This document shows positions 1 to 12,075 of a DNA stretch of 64,000 nucleotides, piece after piece. The DNA is from Camelus dromedarius. Taxonomy: Eukaryota. Numbering within the stretch: position 1 is the first letter of the stretch; the number at the start of each line of letters is the position of its first letter. The stretch covers positions 29,266,001 to 29,330,000 of the forward strand of contig NC_087437.1 in the NCBI RefSeq assembly GCF_036321535.1, in the 5' to 3' direction. The position numbers and the translations under genes were made by a program. The notes under the pieces were generated by a model. The model made no database searches. It saw nothing but the letters and a program-made list of their open reading frames with translations, and was not told where the DNA came from.

Positions 1-1186
1 TCCCTTCCATTGGGAACTGGGGTGCTGGAGGACACGATTAGGAGAGACTTTCACTCTGTTCTTTGTGTTCTGTTCTACATGTTACCTATTCAAAAATAAA
101 TAGTTTAGAAAACCAGAATCTTTATTTAGTATACTGAATATGCTAGGCAACGTTTGTCACTCATTGTCAGTAGAAATATGTTGAAATACTCAAGGTGCTG
201 GGATATTCAGAAGATGCTATACAAGCAATTTAATGGAAGTAGATATTTTTAAGGCCATTGTTCAATGCCATATTTCTGAATATTCACAAAAGAAATTAGC
301 TTACTGGCTTAGTATCAAGAAAAAGTTGTGCTTCTTCTGATGGTCTGATTTTATTTTCAACTTTTATATACTAACTGTGCTATCATTTTTTACTCCGGTC
401 TTTGACTTTTTACATTATCATTTTTAATTGCCAATCTGAATTAATTGTATTACTAAGAGTAACACCAAATCTTTGTTCTTAAATAGAACTTAAAATACCT
501 AGAGTCAAATTTGTGATCCATCCAACATTAGTGAACAGGACTTTATTGTATGCATTTAAAAAAATAATTAACTCCATTCTTCTCTGTTTTTATGCCCCTA
601 TCCTTGTTTTAAGTTAGTGCTTAGTAGCACATATGACTCCTAGAAAATCTCAATAAATTTAAGCTAGCCATATTTGTTTTTCATATTTTGATACAGCTTT
701 GTATATTTATTTCAGTCATTTTTTAAAAATGTGTGAGGTAGAGAGAGAGAGATGGCATTATTGAGTCATGTAGCTTTTTGAAAAATGAGTATGTTGAAGT
801 GGCCATTTATATATACCAACTGGAACCTAATTACACCACAATTTCTTGTGGTGTGGCTTTCTGCACAGCAAACGTTTGTGTGAGAACAGCAGGCATTTGG
901 AGTTCGGGTAACTTTCTAAAATGTAAGAATATTTTAGTTTTTGTTTTGTGAGTAATCAAAAAAACAAAACAAAACACCCCAGCCAATGAGTAAGAGGTTC
1001 AGAAATATAAATTTTAGCACAACTGTTTTTCCAGGTCTGGATGACTGGTAGTGATTCCCCCAATCTCCACTGCATGCTCTCTCCAGACTGATTTCTTCAG
1101 AGTGGAGGTATTCCACTTTTCCTTGGGGGCAGGGAGTACAATTCAGGGGGAATGTTTTCTTGACTATTGAAATAGAAACCTGGATT

Positions 1187-3077
1187 CACAGTTGCATTTC
1201 TTTACACTTAACAATGAAATATCAGAAAAAGAAAGTAAAGAAACAGCCCCTTTTAAAATCACATCCAAAACAATACAACACTTAGGAATAAATCTGACCA
1301 TGGAGGTGAAAGACTTATACAACTGCAAAACGTTGATTAAGGAAACTAAAGATGACTTAAAGAAATGGAAGGATATCCCATGCCCTTGGATTGGAAGAAT
1401 CAATATTGTTAAAATGGCCATACTGCCCAAGGCAAGCTACAGACTTAATGAGATCCTATCAAATTACCGGTGACATTTTTCACAGAACTAGAACAAACAA
1501 TAATAAAATTTATATGGAATCACAAAAGACCCAGAATTGCCAAAGCAAAACTGAAGAAAAAGAATGAAGCTGGAGGAATAACCCTCCCAGACTTCAGACA
1601 ATACTACAGAGCTAGAATAATCAAGACAGCATGGTATTGGTACAAAAACAGACAGATAGACCAATGGAACAAAATAGAGCGCCCAGAAATGAGCCCACAG
1701 ACCTATGGTCAATTAATCTTTGACAAAGGAGGCAAGAATATACAGTGGAGAAAAGACAGTCTTTTCAGCAAGTTATGTTGGGAAAACTGGATAGCAAAAT
1801 GTAAATCAATGAAGTTAGAACGCTCCTTCACATCATACACAAAAATAAACTCAAAATGGCTTAAAGACTTAAATATAAGACAAGGCACTATAAACTTCCT
1901 AGAAGAAAACATAGGTAAAACATCCCCTGACATAAATCTTAGCAATGTTCTCCTAGGGCAGTCTACCCAGGCAATAGAAATAAAAGCAAAAATAAACAAA
2001 TGGGGCCTAATTAAACTTACGAGTTTTGCACAGCAAAGGAAACCATAAGCAAAACAAGAAGACAACCAATGGAATAGGAGAAAATATTTGCAAATGACGA
2101 GACTGACACGGGCTTAATTTCTAGAATATATAAACAGCTCATACAACTTAATAAGAAAAAAACAACCCAATCCAAAAATGGGCAGAAGAATTAAACAGTT
2201 CTCTAATGAAGACATACAAATGGCCAATAGGCACATGAATAAATGCTCAATATCGCTAATTATCAGAAATGCAAATCAAAACTACAATGAGGTATCACCT
2301 CACACCAGTCTGAATGGCCATCATTCAAAAGTCCACAAATGATAAATGCTGGAGAGGCTATGGAGAAAAGGGAACCCTCCTACACTGCTGGTGGGAATGC
2401 AGTTTGGTGAAGCCATTATGGAAAACAGTAATGGAGATTCCTCAAAAGACTAGGAATAGACTTACCATATGATCCAGCAATCCCATTCCTGGGCATATAC
2501 TCAAAGGGAACTCTAATTCAAAAAGATACACACACCCCAATGTTCATAGCAGCGCTATATGCAACCTAAATATCCATTGACAGATGACTGGATAAAGAAG
2601 ATGTGGTATATTTATACAATGGAATACTACTCAGCCATAAAAAGAATAAAATAATGCCATTTGCAGCAACATGGAGATCATCATTCTAAGTGAAGTAAGC
2701 CAGAAAGAGAAAAAAAAATACATTTGATATCACTCATATTGGAAACAAAAGGATAGTAATGAACTCATCTACAAAACAGAAAGACTCGCAGACATAGTAA
2801 AGAATCTTATGGTTATTGGGGGAAAGGGAGTGGGAAGGGATAAATTTGGGAGTTTGAGATTTGCAAATATTAACCACTATATATAAAAATAGATAAAAAA
2901 CCAAGTTTCTCCTTTATAGCACAGGGAACTATATTCAACATCTTGTAATAACCTTCAATGAAAAAGTATATGAAAATGAATATATATACATACACATACA
3001 TGACTGGGACATGCTGTACACCAGAAATTGACACATTGTAACTGAGTATACTTCAATTAAAAAACAAAAAAAAAGAA
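1187..3077 (+). mobile_element. 5'-truncated young LINE-1 (camelid-type): ORF2 C-terminal part, 3' UTR and poly(A)
   Basis: ORFs 1192-1473 and 1470-2048 give L1 ORF2 motifs ([43 protein letters not shown]) split by frameshifts. A-tail at ~3059-3077. TSD agaaacctggatt (1174-1186) / agaaacctgtatt (3078-3090). Confidence 0.95.
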
Positions 3078-3250
3078 AGAAACCTGTATTTAAATTCTAA
3101 TTTTGTCACTTCCAAGCTTCATGACATTGAAAAATTTACTAAACCCCTTTAAGTTCCACTTTGTTTCATAGAAATGAACATAAGAACATAACACCTACCT
3201 ACTTGGTGGTTTTGGAGATTAATTGATAATATGTAAAGAATTATTAACAT
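3078..3250 (+). mobile_element. MIR SINE interrupted by the L1 (5' stub ~1160-1186)
   Basis: Degenerate MIR core: acctgtatttaaattct...gtcacttccaagcttcatgacattgaaaaatttactaaacccc...acctacctac...gagattaattgataatatgtaaag. Confidence 0.6.
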
Positions 3251-4233
3251 GTTACATATGTGTTGGCTCACTTTTCTGCTCTCTGTGTGCTTCATTTGGA
3301 ATAACTCAAAATACCTGGCTCAGCAAACATGAGTTCTTGTGTTACAGCTCTCAAGTTGATCATTACTTAACAAACCTGAAATAAAATCAGCCTTATGGAC
3401 AGACAGTCCCCAATTCAGAGAGTTCCTTGCACTAATATTTTCACTGATCTATCCCTTTCAGTAAAAGATAAACCCTCCAGGGGAGACTGTGTGACACCAA
3501 GCAGTGGCATTTATTATTGTATTCCTGTATCTAATCAGCTGGTTGTAGGAATAAAGCATGTGTGTGTCTGTGCTTTCGTGAGCCTGGAGTACATTAGAGA
3601 CCCTAACTGAACTAAGGTAAGAAGTCAGGAGGGTCTCACGCCGCTCATAGCAAACTGGTTGTTCTATAGTGTCACAGAAACCTCCACCTAAATGGTTTTA
3701 CATCTGTCTAATCAATTATTGACTGTTTTGTAGCCACGGTTCTAACAGATTACCAGAATTGATTTTAAAAATTTCCTGCTCAATGATACCTTGCTTCAGT
3801 GATTACATTTGTGAAAGCTGACCAGTCAGTGACAGCCTCATGCTTTGAAAGTCAGCCAATCTGTGGCCGATTCAAAGCATTGAACACAGTTCTAAAGCTT
3901 ACATCAAACCCATTCTACTTCTCTAACCAAACAGAATGCACTTTTGTATCCAGCACAAAAGTGCATCCATCATAGCAGATATTCAGTAATTATTTGTGGA
4001 GTATTTGTGCCAGTTTCTAAGATTGATGTCACCCTCGTCTTGCCTCTGTGACAAATATGTCTCAAAACAAACTCTTCCTTAAAAACCTTCATACTATCAG
4101 CACTTGGATTTGCTCAAATAAGTTTGTGTCTGGCTAGCATTGCTCTTTCTTAAGAAAATTATAGATTTAGCCCTGGGTTTTGATTCAGACTTTGAGTGGT
4201 GGCCTCAAACCTATCTGTTTTGATAGAGGCAGC

Positions 4234-4256
4234 AAAAAAAAAAAAAAAAAAAAAAA
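4234..4256 (+). repeat. poly(A) run (A23)
   Basis: Directly visible. Confidence 0.95.
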
Positions 4257-4364
4257 GTAGGTTATTTTCAAGCATTTAAGAAACACTGAGATAATCATTA
4301 AAAGTTAGCATGCATTTCTCAAGAAAAGTCCAATCAATATATAACTTTACTTAATCTTTGCTGC

Positions 4365-5174
4365 TTCAGTTAATTCCACAAATATTTATTGAATACCTAT
4401 TATGATGGAGGCACCATTCAAGGAACTGGACAGATACAGACTAATAATACATAGTTCATTCTTCAAAGTCTTAGAAGATAGTGACAGGGACAGATTATAC
4501 ACATAACTGTAGCAAAATACAAGAAAAGAGTGCTGTAATTGGAGTCTATAGGTGTCCTAAGATAATAAAAAGGGAAGATTTGCTATCTTTGTCTATGGTA
4601 GTAGCTGGTTTGGGAGTGGAGCCTCAAGTAAATAACATTTGAGTTGCACCTTGAAAAATGTGTAGAAGTTGAGCAACAGCGACAGTAGGGGATACTAAAA
4701 TAGCACCTTCAAGGACTCAGAGCCATGAGCAAGTGTGGAATATTTAATTAGTGAGTGGAAGGAAGTATAGAATGATGGGTGGACGAGAAGGCTGACAGTG
4801 ATAAAGCAGGCAAAGATATGAGGGAGCCAGCTTGTAGAGAGCCTTTTGTGAGTACAGAATTGGAGAGGGGCCAGACAGAAAGCCAGGTGTCTATAATTGA
4901 CAGGGCACCAGTCCCAAATAGTTTAATGAATGCCTGAGTTAAGCACATGGAAGAGGGGATGATGAGCAGGAGAGAACAGTTGGATGGATGATGGTGCAAC
5001 TACATGAGGCAAGAATTGCTGGAAAGCAATATGAGTGCATGGCAAATAAGGAGTTTCATATGCAATGTATTGAATTTGAGATATATTTGAATCACCTGGA
5101 GAAGTTATTGAGTGATCAGTTATATAAATCTTCAGCTCAGGGTAGGAACTGGGGATATATTTGTCAGCTGTCGG
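4365..5174 (-). mobile_element. L2 LINE fragment (3' end)
   Basis: Begins with the reverse L2 tail (acaaatatttattgaatacctattatgatggaggcacc), followed by purine-rich L2 antisense-type sequence. Confidence 0.7.
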
Positions 5175-5612
5175 TGTACTGGTGGGTGGAATCTGATCCT
5201 CTAAGAAGTAGTTGCCAAGTTGAGATCAAGTGTGCAAGAGAATTATCGGGGGAAATATTCATGAGGGAGAAGAAGAAAGGCAGGGAAATCCTTTAGACCA
5301 CAATGCTGGTTTAACACTTGTAATAAGGAGTGAGGGAAGGACGGAGGTTTGCATGGGAAGAGTCTCAGATGGCAGCACAATCCTAAGAAAGTTTTCTCCA
5401 GGCTCAGTGGAGTCCTAGAGCCAAAAGAGCATCCTGAGTCTGCACTAGAATCCAACCAAACTCAATCAAACTCAATTGACTGGGCGCAGCCAGGGGAAGC
5501 ACGGCCTTGGTGCCAATGTGGTGGCTGATCTGTAAGGGCAGGAGGTAGGGCTCTTAGTCAACTTTGCTCCTCACAGTAGGAGATTGCAACAGCACATGTT
5601 CTCAGCTACCAT
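5175..5612 (-). mobile_element. ERVL solo LTR, LTR16-like, inserted in L2
   Basis: Resembles recalled LTR16 motifs (gtgcaagagaattatcggggg, ggaagagtctcagatggcagcac, agtcctagagccaaa). Confidence 0.6.
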
Positions 5613-6790
5613 GGTAGGTGAAAGTAGACTGTCTAGGTGAGTAACATCACTCAAGGAGAGGAATGTGCACGAGAGGAAAAGAAATATGTGGGAAGGTCTC
5701 AAAGTACCATCTGCAAGTGATTGTGAAGGAAGATGGATCAATCAAGAATATCTAGAATTGATCAGAGGAGTGAGGGCCAGAGATGAGAAATTCAAGAAAG
5801 AGACTGTGGTCAACAGCACTAAATGCTACAGAGATGATAAATGGGCTACAGAGATGATAAATGGAATAAAAGAAGTATAATAAATAGTTGAATTTAAGAC
5901 CTGGGGGTCACTAAAGACTTTGGGAAGAACAGGTTCAGCAGAGGGATGTGATTATAGCGGATTATGAAACTTCCTGATGAAATCTGCAGTGAAAGAAGGA
6001 CAGAGACAGATGTAGTAGCTTAAGAAGGACAAAGGAAAGAAGAAGATTTTCTTTAGGATGAGAGGAGACTTAAGCATATTTACTGAGGAAAGAAAAGCAG
6101 TCAATGAAGAGGGAGAAATTGATGATGCAGCACCATCTGGAAGAGACATTTGGAGATGAATGCAAGAAGGTTTGAATGTGGTGGGTGAGGATGAGTGTCA
6201 ATATATATAATGTTGTAGTTGGAGGAGAAAATGTGAATAAATTAATTACCTGGAGTACTCATTTTGTTTTCCAGCAAGCAATACTTTTTTTCTCCTGTGT
6301 ATAAAAGTGAAAGTTCGAGGAGGAATGCAAAAACATAAAATGATAACCTTAGTGATTGGGAAAGTTATCTTAATAGAGGCAATGAAAGCACTGCCCAACA
6401 ACACTGTGGACTGAGTTGAGGCTGGAAATGGTAAATATGTGGTAAGTTCAAGCAATCCAGTTATGCAGTGTTTCTCCAGCAGCATTCGGCAGCTTTGAAA
6501 TATCTGTTGAGCAAACAGATAGTTGGACTAATCACAGGTTAGGGACTGGTGACTCAGATGAGCCGGAAAGAGGGGGTTGAGAGACTGGAGGATATAGGCA
6601 AGAACCCACTGAAATGGTCCAGGCTAAGTAGGGAAGGAAGAGATGAAGCTACTAGTTTGGGAGATCAAAGTAATGCCATAAATGAAACATGATGCTGAAT
6701 GAATTTTATACTTATGGACAAGATGTGTAAATGATAGTAAGTAGTGGAGTAAGATGAATTAACTGTGTTCTGGATGTAATGTTAAATGCT
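5613..6790 (-). mobile_element. L2 LINE continuation (degenerate)
   Basis: L2 antisense-type motifs (gtggtcaacagcactaaatgctacagag, ggggtcactaaagactttgg). Confidence 0.55.
5825..5864 (+). repeat. Perfect 20-bp tandem duplication (gctacagagatgataaatgg)x2
   Basis: Directly visible. Confidence 0.95.
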
Positions 6791-6961
6791 TGGGTATCAA
6801 GCTGAATGGAACCATAAAACTCTATAGTCAGCTCTCCTCAGTTCAAGATTTATGTCTGTGACTTAATGATATGCTTATCAAAATGACAAAGAATCAATAT
6901 TTAAAATCATATTTTATGATAAAGCCAAACAAAATAAACAGTTTTTTTCTTAGTCTTTTAA

Positions 6962-7100
6962 GTAGAAAAGAACCAATCTGACTCCATATTAGATCTCTTC
7001 CTTCGGCTTCAACCCTGTGCTCAGTTTCCTGGGCTTAGTCGCACTGGTTCTGCACCTTTGTGTAAAAGAATGTTGCCTACAGCCTGAAATATATGGGATA
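6962..7100 (+). mobile_element. ERV1-like LTR 5' (U3) fragment
   Basis: gtagaaaagaaccaatctgactccatattagatct resembles the start of laurasiatherian ERV1 LTRs; truncated. Confidence 0.45.
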
Positions 7101-7124
7101 TATGGGATACCGAGTTTTGACTCG

Positions 7125-7612
7125 GTAACAGTCTCCCTCCTCATGGTCAACGGCACTGTCATCCCTAAGTGCTTAATCCAAAAAGATAGGCACCATCTCT
7201 AAGTCTTGCTTCTCTCTCTCACACATTCAACCATGGGCCAATTTTGTCAGTTCTACCCTGAAACTATCACAGATTTTCCATAACTTATCTTTTTTACGCT
7301 ATAACCCTAGTCCAAGCCCCCCTCATCTTTTACCTAAGACACTGCAAAATCCTCCTCATTGCTCTCCACATCCAGATTTGCTCCCTTAAAGTTTATTCTC
7401 CACTGAACAACCAAAACTATTTAAAAGTAGAAGTCAGCTCATGCCATCCCTCTACTCAAATGTCTCATTACACCCTGGAAAATCCCACACCATTACTGTG
7501 GTCTACAGTGCCCTCTACAAACAGGTTCTTGGTTGCATTTTCACTTCGTCCCCTGCTACCTTCCTTTTCACTCACCGTTTTTAGTACACTGGCTTCCCTG
7601 CTGTTTCATTAA
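7125..7612 (+). mobile_element. L2 LINE fragment
   Basis: Pyrimidine-rich L2 sense motifs (ctagtccaagcccccctcatct, tcagctcatgccatccctctactcaaa, acactggcttccctgctgtt). Confidence 0.65.
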
Positions 7613-7778
7613 CCATTTTTTATTGTTTATGTGTTGAAAGAATACATCCTTAATTATGTTAGGTTATATAAAATAGATTATTAAAACTGACTTGTTTCTT
7701 TTTACCTTTTCTATGTGGCTACTAGAAAATTTAAAATTGCATATGTGGCTGATGTTATACCTTTAAGAGACAGCACTG
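7613..7778 (-). mobile_element. MER33-like hAT-Charlie DNA transposon fragment
   Basis: atgtggctactagaaaatttaaaattgcatatgtggct...gacagcactg matches the recalled MER33 terminus. Confidence 0.8.
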
Positions 7779-7849
7779 GTTGTTCCCTCTGTGTTGTTAC
7801 CACGTCAGTGTGTCTTCCCCCAGGTGACTAGTTGGGGACTGGGGCTATT

Positions 7850-8107
7850 CTGGGGTACCAGGATCAGGAGTGAGGATGTGGAGCAGAGGAGAGTGAGGGC
7901 CAAGTGAAACCCTCTAAGCACTTCTGTATCTGTCCATCACTCCATTTGCCTGCTAAGGCCTGCAGAAATAATGACCACGACTTCTTCCTGCCTTTTGAAT
8001 CTTACGCGGCTTCCTCTTTTGGTTGCTCTAACGCAGAACCACATAAGGAAGGAGACGACGGGAAACAGCTCCCAGATTTACCAATTTGTTGACAGAACAG
8101 TTCAACA
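7850..8107 (-). mobile_element. ERVL LTR fragment, LTR33-like
   Basis: ctaacgcagaaccacataaggaaggagacgacgggaaacagctcccag...gttgacag resembles the recalled LTR33 end. Confidence 0.45.
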
Positions 8108-8374
8108 TGGCTTCTAAAGGAGGATTCCCTGGGCTGTCAGGGGTTTGGAAACCATGTCATGTCTTATGGAAGATAATCATTCTGGGGCAAAGGGAGGATT
8201 TAAAAGGGGTCTGTTATCAAATATTAGAAACACTGCTGTAAAGAAGAGGAAATTGAAATTGACTTCACAAGTATAAAACTTTCCGATTTTCTCTCCAAAC
8301 CTCTATGGAAATATATCAATATTTTTACTGCTTAAAAACTTATTCTTACCCATTTTTAGTACTCTTCAAGAATA

Positions 8375-8620
8375 AACATATGGAAGTTACTGGACTCCAA
8401 TTTCAATTCCACATAAAAGAGAACTTTCTAACACCTAGAATTGCGAAGGGGTAGAGTAGACTGTGTCTAAGGTGGTCAGCTGTGTGTCCACTGCAGGTAT
8501 TCAAACAAATTGGATGCCCACTTCTCCAGTGTACCAAAGAAGGGATTCTTGACCCTCTCAAAAGGTTGGATTCGATGACTGCTGAAGTCTTAACTAACTC
8601 TAAAATTTTGTTACTCTAAA
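8375..8620 (+). mobile_element. L3/CR1 LINE 3' end
   Basis: tggaagttac...gagaactttctaaca...ggtattcaaac...ggttggattcgatgact...ctctaaaattttgttactcta. Confidence 0.65.
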
Positions 8621-8894
8621 TTTCATTCACTGGTACTCACTCATTTTCAACTACTACTTAGTTAAAATGTGACTTTTCATTTCATTCTAGTCATAGGAAA
8701 ATCTTTATTTCTTTTCATCTAGAGAGATATCTAGGAATTAAAAGCTCCATTTTTTAATCTATTTACAGCCTTGGTCTCCTGGCAAAATGTTTGCAGTTTT
8801 TACATTGAAAGTGCATCTTAATCTTTTCCCAGCTCTCTTTATTCTGATAAACATTTCTTTCATTGATGCTTCATTATTGTTAACTGATGTAAAA

Positions 8895-9215
8895 TATATA
8901 TCTCCTCCTTTAAGAGTAATGTGTGTTCATTAAACATCACAAAGTATAAAAAAGAAAGTTATCCCAAAGTCCACAATCTAGAAATAAATCCTCCTAAAAT
9001 GTTAGTGTAATTTTTTCCCATTTATTCAAATATGTATATTATTTGCACAATTGAAATCATCTTATATACACATTACCTAAATAATAATGGCTGTGTAATA
9101 TTCCATTATATGGACATTACAAAATTTATTTAAATATTTCACTATTGTTGGCTATTTAGGTTGTTTCTAATATCTAATTTTACCACTTAAATGCATAACT
9201 ATTTCCTTAGTTCAT
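8895..9215 (-). mobile_element. Ancient L1 (L1ME-like) 3' fragment
   Basis: taatggctgtgtaatattccattatatgg...actattgttggctatttaggttgtttc. Confidence 0.55.
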
Positions 9216-10365
9216 TACCTATCAATCATCATTGACTTGTCTTAGCATCTCTGAATTACTGTTACTTGTCTTCTAATTCTTCACTTACAATGTATATTCC
9301 TTTCCAAATCCTCTGTAGCATGGCATAAAATGATTAATTTGTTTAATCTCAGGTAACTCTAGACATTTGTATTATGCCTTTATGATATTTAAAAAAAAAT
9401 AAGTGGTATTCAGTTTCCTTAAAAGTACTGTCAGAGTAGGTACACTGTAATCAGCTATTTATTATGTCTTGACACTCTGCCATGGTCTTTGTAAGGGCAG
9501 TATCCTCTAAAGCGTGCCCCAGAAAAACGTAATTTAGTTCAAGGATCTTAGGAGAGATTAGTGTCTAATAAATCAACTTCTTATATAGTCTTGAGAAAAG
9601 AAGAAAGGCCCCTCATTGGTTAAAGTGTCAGAAGATTTAAGAGTCTAGCTGGAACCTTAGCTGGGGCTTCTCCCAATTCTAAATGTGGCTCAAGTGAGAA
9701 ACTATTTCTCTTCTTGATGTTAAGAAGAGGAGCACATAAAGAGAAATAAAAAGCTGGACGAGAGGAATTCTTGGAACAGAGGTTCTCGATAGTTCCAGGG
9801 ATATCCGTTATTACCAGACTCTGGACTTCTGCATTATATCTATATACTCTAACAATAAAAACAAGGGAGGGCACGTACTGTGACCATGCAAGCTTCAGGA
9901 ACACAATCAAGGAAAGAAACAGGTTTTGGAGGGGAGTGGAAGGTTTTGGAGAAGGAAGGCAGCACAAGTGGGGTTCAAAGTGCTTCCAAATCCAGAAGTC
10001 AGTTTGGTGCACTGACTAAATCCTGATATTCTCACAATATTCCTAGATATTCAGAAAAACAAGCTATAATTAACCCTGTCTTCTCCTGTATAGGGCCACA
10101 GTGGAAGTTGCTACCAGAAACTACAGGTAAAATGAGGAAAATAAAAAAGGAAGTTGATGCTCTCAGAAATAAAATTCCTTCTGTGACACTCGGCACTTGG
10201 AAATTGGTCCAAGGTAGAATGGTATTCTCTCCTCCCACCCCACCTCACCCTCTACGAGAATCGGGTGCACCTCCAGACTTACAAAACCCTGGTCTAGGAC
10301 ATTGAGCCAAATCTCAGAAGAGAGACGTCAGAACCAAGTATGCTCCCACCTTAGCCCTTACTTAC

Positions 10366-10392
10366 TGAGTCTCCTTCCCCTGGGAAAGTCCA
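10366..10392 (-). other. Candidate 27-nt frame-preserving microexon
   Basis: Minus strand: gtgtgtgtgcttctgtcttccttcag|TGGACTTTCCCAGGGGAAGGAGACTCA|gtaagt. All three frames are open (WTFPGEGDS / DFPRGRRL / GLSQGKET). Host gene unidentified. Confidence 0.4.
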
Positions 10393-11224
10393 CTGAAGGA
10401 AGACAGAAGCACACACACACAGATACTCACACATGCAGATACCTCAGAGGGAAAATGAGACAGAGAGAGAATGATTATGAGTGAATGAGAATAGTGAGAA
10501 GTTATACAGTAACTGCTGCACAGTATCATACAAATAAAGGTCTGGACATGGTCCTTCAAGTATGAGGAAAAGAAAAATAATGCCATGGCAAATCTACACA
10601 TTTATTACAAATTATAAATAAGTAAAGAGACAAATCAATCCGCCTAAGAAAAGAAAGCATATACTTGTAAGATGTTTATAATGGAGGTCTTTTTGGTGGT
10701 GGAATTCAGAGCAATTAAAAAAATGTTTTGTGTTTGTCTTTTCTTACATTGTTTTGATTTGTTTTAATGCACCAAATATCCTTTTAGAAATCTGCGGGTT
10801 TTTTTTTTTTTAATGGAAGCAAACATTGAAAGATGGCAGCTAATTCTTTCTCAATTAAACAAAAATATACACTGCATTTGTCACCGCATTCCATGCCCTC
10901 TCCAGAATATGGGGGCCTACATTAATCTCCAGGTGGCTGAAGGTGGCAGAATTCTAAAAGTGACTTAATTACAAGCATCTAACAGTTTTGACGCCAGTAA
11001 GACAAATAAGCAGGAATCTCTTAACTCAGATCCATGGCAGAATCTGAATGCTGTACCCATAAAAAGGCTTCTGTTTTGATTCGCTCCACAAGTTAGGAAT
11101 CACTGAGAGCTCTGTCTTTTCATTTCCAAACTTGCACCTTGAACCATTATTGATTCTGCTGCCACCACTGTAATCCAACCTGCTTTTCCAAAAGTGGTAT
11201 TTCAGGACCCTCATTTGAGAACAC

Positions 11225-11560
11225 AAAGCATATTTCTCGTGTCACATTTTTGCTTTCATTGTTCCTTTCACCAAGAATGTTCCCCTCCACTCCCTAGTTG
11301 GTGAAATGCATCAGACTTTGCAGGCTGAACCCATGGCTCTATTTCCTTCAACACTGTGTAACTGCAAAGGGATTCTCCCTCTCTGAGCAGTGGAACAATG
11401 CATTGCCTACTGTCAGTGGTGACACTCACTGGCTCTTAATTGCACTGGTGTTTAAGTCTTCGTTATACTTTAAATTCTGTACACAGTCTCTTGGTTTTCT
11501 CTACTAGACTGTTCTCCCCCAGGGTAACTAACTACGGTTTGTTAAGAGTTCTTTACATTC
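11225..11560 (+). mobile_element. Degenerate L2 and MIR fragments
   Basis: ttcattgttcctttcaccaagaatgttc and ctactagactgttctcccc (L2-like); ccatggctctatttcc...ctgtgtaactgcaa (MIR-like). Confidence 0.4.
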
Positions 11561-11864
11561 CCCCTTAAGTGGAAGAGCTATTTCTGGGCTGGAACAAATC
11601 TCAGCAGAGGGACAGATCCATTTTCAGAATCTAAGATGCCTGGAGCTCTGGGTGCTAGGCGCTGGCTTAGAAGGGAGGAGAAGGTTCATTGGCTGGTACT
11701 AAAAAGACCCAAGGCTCAACTGCATGCATCTAATTGGCCCATAAATCTCCACATATTCAAGACCAAAGCATTCTCTCTTTATAGACTCCAACTCTCCCTC
11801 AAAGCTGCATGTGTCCTTTTTAAATTTCTAGGTTCTAATTCCCCCAGGATAAAATGACAATGCG

Positions 11865-12075
11865 GTATTGAGCAGCACTGACTTGGGAGTTAGATTTCCT
11901 GGACTTAAATTCCAGTGGTACCACTTCCGAGCTGTGCGAACTTACACAGCTTATTTACCACTTCTGCCTCCTCCCTTCCTCTTCGGTGAACCAAGGAAAA
12001 TGATAATACCTACCCACTGGACAGCTGCCTGAATAGAGGTAAGCAGAGCAAACTGTGAATATGCAAAATGAAAGA
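11865..12075 (+). mobile_element. MIR SINE
   Basis: gagcagcactgacttgggagttaga...ccacttccgagctgtgcgaactt...ataatacctacc. Confidence 0.75.

Noticed and set aside
1192..2048. Longest ORF (192 aa) as a functional gene or reverse-transcriptase system
   Set aside because: It is a frameshifted fragment of a 5'-truncated L1 ORF2, downstream of the RT core.
4234..4256. A23 run as the tail of a retrocopy
   Set aside because: No upstream element body, poly(A) signal or TSD was found.
6250..6294. Minus-strand 45-nt exon-like unit (cacag|...CAG|gtaatt)
   Set aside because: It lies inside a degenerate L2 region and the peptide is not recognisable, so it is probably a pseudo-exon.
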